In this document: in pieces, positions 55,425 through 64,000 of the stretch
Position numbering within the stretch: position 1 is the first letter of the stretch
Layout: every line of letters begins with the position of its first letter
Assembly (NCBI RefSeq): GCF_009914755.1
Contig: NC_060932.1
Length of the DNA: 64,000 bases
DNA from: the human T2T-CHM13v2.0 reference genome, Homo sapiens
Reading direction: 5' to 3' (one strand)
Notes under the pieces: model-generated
Seen by the model: the letters and a program-made list of their open reading frames with translations, nothing else
The model's database searches: none
What the model was told of the DNA's origin: nothing
Position numbers and translations under genes: made by a program

Positions 55425-56190
55425 TAGCCAAAAAACAAGTGAAAAAATGCTCCACATCACTAATCATCAGAGGAATGCAAATCAAAACCACAATGAGATA
55501 CCATCTCATACAAGTCAGAATGGCTATTACTAAAAAGTCAAAAAACAGCTGATGCTGGCAAAGGCTGCAGAGAAAAGGGAGCACTTATAAACTGTTGGTA
55601 GGAGGGTAAATTAGTTCAGCCACTGTGGAAATCAACTTGGAGATTTCTCAAAAAACTTAAAACAGACCTACCATTTGACCCAGCAATCCCATTACTGGGT
55701 ATATATCCAAAAGAAGACAAATCTTTCTAACAAAAAGACACATGCACCTGCATGTTCATCGCAGCATTATTCACAATAGCAAAGACATGAAATCATTCTA
55801 AGTACCCACTAACAGTGGACTGAATAAAGAGAATGTGGCACATATACACCATGGAACGAGATCATGTCCTTTGCAGGAACATGGATGCAGCTGGAGGCCC
55901 TTATCTTAAGCAAATTAATGCAGGAACAGAAAAACAAATACAGCATGTTTTCACTTATAAGTGAAACATTGGATACTTATGGACATAAAGATCAGAACAA
56001 TAGAAACTGGGGATGACTAGAGGGAGGAGGAATGCAGGGAGGAAGTGGGGGAGGGCAGAAAACCTAATTATTGGGTACTATGTCCAGTACCTGGGCCAAT
56101 CGTACCCCAAACCTCAGCATCACCCAAGATACCCAGGTAACAAACCTGTATGTGTATCTCCTGAATATAAAATAAAAATTGGGGGAAAAA
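55425..56190 (+). mobile_element. L1PA/L1PB 3' portion
   Basis: ATGCAAATCAAAACCACAATGAGATACCATCTCA and CCATTTGACCCAGCAATCCCATTACTGGGTATATA; A-rich end. Confidence 0.85.
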
Positions 56191-57166
56191 AAGGGTCATG
56201 AAAGCTTTGCTTTGTAAGTTAGGTTTTCCCAAAGTGTCCAGGCCTAAAACCCTGTGCTTGATTTCTCTACTACATGGAGGCACTTCACTTGGTTCCTACT
56301 ACACAAAGATAAACAAGGCACAGTCCGTGTCCTAAAATATTACAGCCTAGTACTTTCTCACAACACCAGGCTGTCTCCTAAGAAGGTTGAGTAGGTTCTA
56401 ATGAGTGAAATAATACCTATCTTATTTTTAAAAGTATTGAAGTGAACGGTAGACTGTAATGTGATAGAAAACAACTGCTTCACAGACTGTTTGAGGCTTG
56501 ATTACCAGAGGACTATATATTAAATGGTTTCTTCTTTTGGTATTGATAATTGATCTATTTAAAAAACATTATTTAGGTAAAATATGTGGATAGTTTCAAC
56601 ATTTCAGACTTGGCACTCTCTTTGTAGGCTCAAGTATTGTCAAATTCTGAAACACTTGCTAACCTGAACCTGCGTGATTGTAGAGGCAAGGCCTGGGTTA
56701 GGATCCTGGCTCAGCTACTATCCAGCTTTGGGCTTTGAGCAAATAACCTCCCTCTCTAAACCTCAGTTTCCTCATTTGTAAATGGGGCTAATTACATCTT
56801 TTTCATAGTGTCATTGAAAGGATTAAGGGAAGTATTATAAATAAGTTAACTAGAACAATAATGCTAGCTGACATTTAATACTCATTCACTAGGCACCAGA
56901 CACAATCTAGGCACTTCACAGGCCTCAACTTATTTAATCTTTCCATCAATATTATGATGGTGTTTTTGTTATTTTCACTTTAAATATGAGGAAACTAAGG
57001 TACAGGGAGATGCATGTTCTCCAGCACATTGTGAACACTCAATGGCTGTTTTATAATTGTTTTCTTGTTATTATTGCTCATGACTTCTTGCAATTATCCA
57101 TGCAGATAGCCAGTCAAACATTAAATAAAACAATGCTGTTACTTTTTGTAGCCCAATTAGATGTTA

Positions 57167-57478
<312 letters not shown>

Positions 57479-58285
57479 TTAGTTTGGGGAGGTTGGGGCA
57501 CTACCCTCTACAGAGTAATTTGCCATAGGAGGCTCTATTAAACATTCAACACCATTCTGCCTCTGGACTGTGAGGCTCCGGGCTTTACAAGAGATGTTAA
57601 ATGATCTTATCACCTCTTCCGAAAGTGGAGAGTTTCCTTCCAGTCTCCTTAAGAAGTGGCCCCTCTGAGTCTGTCCACACAGGTAGCTGTACTATTTGGA
57701 TCAGGCAACGAGAATTTCAAGAAAAGTTGGAAGGACTTTGCACAGACATCACTGCAGCCACAGATCTTTAGTTCCTCAGTAGTTAAGTTGCAGGATTGAT
57801 TGCCCAGGGCAGGTGGCAGAAAGGCCACATCCTGCCAGAAGGAGTATGGCACTGAATGGGAGGGCAGAGGGTCAGCCCATTAAAGTAGTCCATGTCCCTT
57901 CACACATAGCCCTTCTCTGCCTCTGGGAGGCTGCAGGAAAGGATTTGTTCAATTAGAATAATCAACAATGTGAAGCCATGGAAGAAGACTGACACTTTAT
58001 AATGATGTGTGAGTGTGTCAGTGCACATATTGCGGAGTGCTTTGGGCCTTCTTTTCAAAGGTAATTAGGGGCAGGAGAGGATCTGGACTGCCTTTTAAAT
58101 ATAGGCAGGAATATTGTATTTCTTGTCTTCACCAAAGATGGGCAAATGATCCTTTGCAGGTTATATAATTTAAATTCTGCTTCCTAGTTAGATTGAGAAT
58201 ATGAAGTAAGGAAAATAGAAGCTATCTGTGACTTTGAGTCACAGGGTTTCTTGGTGATAGCCAGCCCTCCCACTATGATAATTCA

Positions 58286-58495
<210 letters not shown>

Positions 58496-58525
58496 TTAGT
58501 TTAGTTAAAAACTTGAATTTCTTAA

Positions 58526-58775
58526 CCAAACACCGCATGTTCTCACTCATAAGTGGGAGTTGAACAATGAGAACATATGGGCACAGGGAGGGGAACATCA
58601 CACACTGGGGTCTATCGGGGGGTGGGGGACAAGGGGAGGGATAACATTAGGAAAAATACCTAATGTAGATGATGGGATGATGGGTGCAGCAAACCACCAT
58701 AGCCCATGTATACCTATGTAACAAACCTGCATGTTCTGCACATGTATCCCAGAACTTAAAGTATAAAAAAATCCA
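58526..58775 (+). mobile_element. Short L1PA 3' end insertion
   Basis: GCATGTTCTCACTCATAAGTGGGAGTTGAACAATGAG..CCCAGAACTTAAAGTATAA; 19-bp TSD AAAAACTTGAATTTCTTAA (58507-58525 / 58776-58794). Confidence 0.92.
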
Positions 58776-59147
58776 AAAAACTTGAATTTCTTAAAGTCGG
58801 AACGTTTATGAATCTTCCTCTTTTGATACAGACAGATGAAACAAAACCTTCATGACATTTAAAATAGTGACATTTATTTCACTGTGTGTGTGTTTGTATA
58901 AAGAAAAAATACGTCAATGTAAAAAATTAAAGGAAAAACAATTTTTAAAATAAATAAATGTTAATAAATTTTTACAAAAAAAAAAAAAGAACAGGAAAAA
59001 CTACTAAATGATGACAAAATTCAGGATAGTGTTTACCTTGGCAAGGGGGCTTTGTCACCTGGGTAGACCGGAAGTTTTCTCTAGTGAGGGAAATGTCCTT
59101 TATCTTGGAGGGTGGTGATGGTGATGCAACAAGACTATTCATGTGTA

Positions 59148-59340
59148 AAAATTATCCAGGCATGGTGGTGCACGCCTGTAGTCCCAGCTCCTCTGAAGGC
59201 TGAGGCAAGAGGATCATTTAAGCCCAAGAGTTAGAGGCGGCAGTCAGCTATGACTGTGCCACTGCACTCCAGCCTGGGTGACAGAGCAAGACCCTGCCAT
59301 TAAAAGAATAAAATAAGATTAAATAAATATATAAATAAAA
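59148..59340 (+). mobile_element. Alu right monomer (AluJ/FRAM)
   Basis: AAAAATTA.CCAGGCATGGTGGTGCAC..GACAGAGCAAGACCCTG with A-rich tail. Confidence 0.8.
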
Positions 59341-60082
59341 TGTTTGTCTACACTGAAATATTTATGGATGAAATATAGTGTCTGGAATTTGCTTTAAAAG
59401 CTCATTGTAACTCCAATATTACAGGAAATAAATTTTAAAAAATGAAAAAAGAATATGTTAAAATAATTGAGCTGTACACTTAATATTTGTGGATTTTACA
59501 GTTTTTAAACTGTCTCAAATAAAAATGTAGCGTATAAAATAAAGACATTCTCACATTAAAAAAGAAAACAAATCATGTTGTATATCTTAAAGTATACAAT
59601 AAAAACAAAATAAAATAGTAACATTTATGAAAATATACAGGTAATGAAAACACTGAAATTTGGAAATATGTAACAGGTTTAAAGCTCACAAATAAGGTGT
59701 CACAAAGGTGTTACAAATAGAGTATTTTAAATACAAGCTTGATTTTCACATACTTTGGAGCATTAATAAAGCCAGAGATCCGAAACACTGCAAACGTACA
59801 TCATTCCACAGGTTTTGGTTTGGTGCTTCTTTACCCTCACACATGTCACACACAATATTCTTTTCAATATATCTTTATCGAAGTATAATAACTATGATTT
59901 CTTTTAGCCTCTTCTGTTTAAAAAGAAACTGTTATACAATACACAGTTTATTTTGAAAACCCACATTCTCTTATACAGAACTACAAGGAATCTCAACTCC
60001 ATCCCATGTAATTATCAACTTGATTTGCATTTATATGTTAAACAACAAAGCTTTGTTCTATTCTTTTCCTGTATATATATAA

Positions 60083-60429
<347 letters not shown>

Positions 60430-60849
60430 AATTAATTTTTCATACACACATTTTTGTAGTTATTAGCGTGGTTGATAATAGTCCCTCCCCTTACTTGATT
60501 GGTTTGTTGATGTCCTTTGCTCTCTTGGATACCCAGGTAATATTCCTGTGTTTTTATAATATGTACTTTGCATAACATGGGTATTTTAAATATTTACAAT
60601 AAAATTTGTTATAGAAGATACTGTTTGTGTCCTACACATATATCCTGAGCCTGGAGGTCACCTGTAGGAGGCTTCCCTGCATCTGTCGGAGGATTTCCTC
60701 TAGCAGGTTTACTGAAAGTGCTGGGGAGGTAACAGTATCAGGCTCCAGCACCAACCAGTTTCCTCCTCTTCCATTCAAGTAATTTTCAAGTATGAGCCAC
60801 ACAGTTTTTCAGCTGGATAAAGCCCCAATGGCAGAGCAGTAGTCCTCTT

Positions 60850-61020
60850 ATTCTTTTTCTTTTTTTTAATTAAAAAAAAGAGATAGGGCCTCACTATGCT
60901 GCCCAGGCTGGTTTCAAATTCCTAGGCTCAAGCAATCCTCCTGTCTTGGTCTCCCAAAGTGCTGGGATTATAGATGTGAGCCACTGCACCCTGCCAGGTG
61001 TGAGCCACTGCACCCCGCCA
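60850..61020 (-). mobile_element. FLAM/Alu left monomer with tandem duplication of its 5' end, inside an old ERVL-type LTR remnant (~60630-61160)
   Basis: TGTGAGCCACTGCACCC..CCA occurs twice in tandem; flanking LTR ends CTCAGGGTCTGCTTTTGGG..CCAAACTAAAACA. Confidence 0.75.
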
Positions 61021-61184
61021 GTAATCCTCTTATTAACCCATCTGTACTGTCTTAACTTTGTTCTCTGTCTCACCACTCGTACCTTCCTGGATTACTCTCA
61101 AAATAAACTGTACGTAAATCATTTTCTCAGGGTCTGCTTTTGGGAGATCCAAACTAAAACATCTGCAAAACACAGGTCCCCTCA

Positions 61185-61442
<258 letters not shown>

Positions 61443-61674
61443 TTAAATCTTTTCACCTTCCTTATATATTCAAGATTATTAACTTCCCCTTTTTTGCAAT
61501 TGAATAGCACAATTCAAATATTAGGTTTAATGGAAATAGTGCTGGTGGAATACAGATTTGTTATTAAAATAATTAGAATCCTCAAATAGCAAGTGGTAAC
61601 TCTTGACCATATTGGATCTTGATGACAGTGATTCTGTTATTACATTGTATCACTAGGACAAGTAAAGCTACAGA

Positions 61675-62350
61675 TGGTGGGGCAGGCAGAAGCCTAAGAT
61701 GGCCCCAAGATTCCCTGCCCCTTGGTATATGTGCCTGCATAATCCCAGGGACAATAAGTATGGTGGTTTTATTCCCATCAGTAGTCCATGTTATGTGGCA
61801 CAGTTGATAAGGAGATTATATAGGTGGGCCTGATCTAATCATACCAGGCCTTTAAAAGTAGAGTTTCTCCAGCTGCTGACACAGCAAGAAGGCAGAGATT
61901 TGAAGTACAAGGGAGATTTTACTTGAGATAAATCCTCCATGGCTGATCGTGAAGAAGAGGGTCACCTGGTTAGAATTTCATGAGGCCTCTAGGAGGCTGA
62001 GAGTGATTCCTGGCTAGCTGTTCACAAGAAAACAGAGACTTCAGAGGTACAACTGCGGGAACTGATTTTGCCAATAACCTGAATGAACTTGGAAGTAAAT
62101 TCTTCACCACAGCCTCCCAGTGAGAGCCTAGTCTGGCCTGGCCAACACCTTGATTTCAGCCTTGTGAGACCTGAAGCCAAGAACCCGGTTGAGCCCACTC
62201 AGACTTCTGATTTGGACCCATTTGCTAATAGCTGGGTGGTTTTTAATTTAATTTTATTTATTTGTTATATCTTCAACTTTTATTTTTGGGTGTTGTTTTA
62301 AATCACTTAAGTATGTGGTAATTTGTTATGTGGCAATAGAAAAATAATGC
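61675..62350. mobile_element. MLT1 (E/F-like) MaLR LTR
   Basis: AAGATGGCCCC, GGTGGGCCTGATCTAATCA, CCTTGATTTCAGCCTTGTGAGAC and GTGGTAATTTGTTATG..GCAATAGAAAA motifs. Confidence 0.75.
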
Positions 62351-62379
62351 AGCTGCTGTGCTTCAATGAACTTCCTTTT

Positions 62380-62680
<301 letters not shown>

Positions 62681-64000
62681 AATGAACTTCCTTTCTGAGA
62701 AAATACACAAACAGCCTAGCATGGAGCGTAGAGTAGACATTAGGATACTTCATCAAGACCTGAGCTTCTTCACAGATTTCCCTCAGAGCTCTCACTGTCT
62801 ATCTTCCTTCCAATGTCTGACATTGGGTCTACATGAGCCCATGTAGGCTCCATCCATACTCTTCTCATATCTGCCCTTCCCATCTCACCTCCAAGTGGCA
62901 GCCCATGGGGTTCACAGCGCATCTGGGCAACTTGTAGATTCCACTTAAGAAAATCTCAGTATTGAGTATGAGCCCCTCTCCATGAACCCCTTCCCTACAT
63001 GGCCCACAGATATATTACATCTATAAATGTTTACAGGTTCCCAGACTACCCATGTTTTTCTCTCTTACCTTCTTATTATCATGGTACAATTTATACTTCT
63101 TTCAAAGGTAAACGGTCCTGTCTCAGAATCAAGATCTCCAAGTATGTCACATTAGGACATATAAAAGCCTACTTAAGGATGGTAGAGACCAAGGGGCAGT
63201 GAACATAGTTCAGATTCATCTTCAACAGTTCAGAAATAGGTGGACACTAGGTCCATAAAGCCAGAATAACTTTTTTCCTGATTAAGACTTGTTGTCATAG
63301 ATATAATTTCACTGATTCCTTCTTAAAGGTGTGCTTAGAAGTTTATTCATCCATCAAGCAGTTATTGAGTTTCTACTTTATGTACTGCAAATAGAAATAT
63401 AAGTTACACAGTGTCAGGCCCGATAGTTGTTCATAGTTTAATGGGGGAAACAAGGATGTCAATCCATAGCTAATGGTAAATAATAAAAACATGTGCAAAG
63501 TACTTTGCTCCACACTGAATTTAGCCTGGGGTGTCAAGGAGGGGCTTTGTAGAGGAAGTACACTGTCTTAAGGGACCAGCATATCTTTGACAGATAAATG
63601 ACAGACTGTCTTTTAGGCATGGAGAGTGATATGTTCAAAGGCATGAAAGAACATGGCATGTTCAGCAGATTTTGGTGTGATTGGAACAGAGTATATGTGT
63701 GTGTGTGTAGGGGGCCAGGTGGCAGAGGGTGGCAGGAGTGATGGTGGTTGGGTATGGAAAGGAAAGGTGAGTGAAGTCAGGTTATGATGGTCCCATGTGA
63801 TCTATTGAGGAGTTTAGACATTAAGCAGTGGGCAAAGAGAGCCAATGCAGGGTATTAAGCAGACGAAAGGCCTGAGCAGACAGCTTTGAACTTTGGAAAA
63901 TTAGCAATAGTGAGAGGATAGGCTAATGAGCTGTACTGGAGCTTTTGGATAATTCAAAGAAGAAATCAAGAATGACTAAGTTTCTATTACAAGAGACTAG

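Overview
Human (primate) genomic DNA, AT-rich and dense in repeats. It holds the middle of CNGB3, the cone cyclic nucleotide-gated channel beta subunit and achromatopsia gene, on the minus strand. Eleven coding exons (4-14 by standard numbering) were located from their translations and splice sites; exon 13 uses a GC donor. Intron 6 contains a ~5.4 kb retrocopy in the CNGB3 sense orientation. It reads as a single chimeric mRNA: an unidentified GC-rich first exon, spliced UBE2Q2 exons with two extra inserts, then a near full-length GOLGA2-like cDNA. The UBE2Q2 frame runs without a stop into the golgin N-terminal frame, hinting at an ancestral E2-golgin fusion; this is the best candidate for something undescribed. 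Also seen: a strong CTCF motif, a MER41 LTR with both STAT (GAS) motifs intact, and an old multi-template-switch insertion inside an L1. Gene names, exon numbers and repeat subfamilies come from recalled sequences, not database searches. There are no prokaryotic-type systems (CRISPR etc.).
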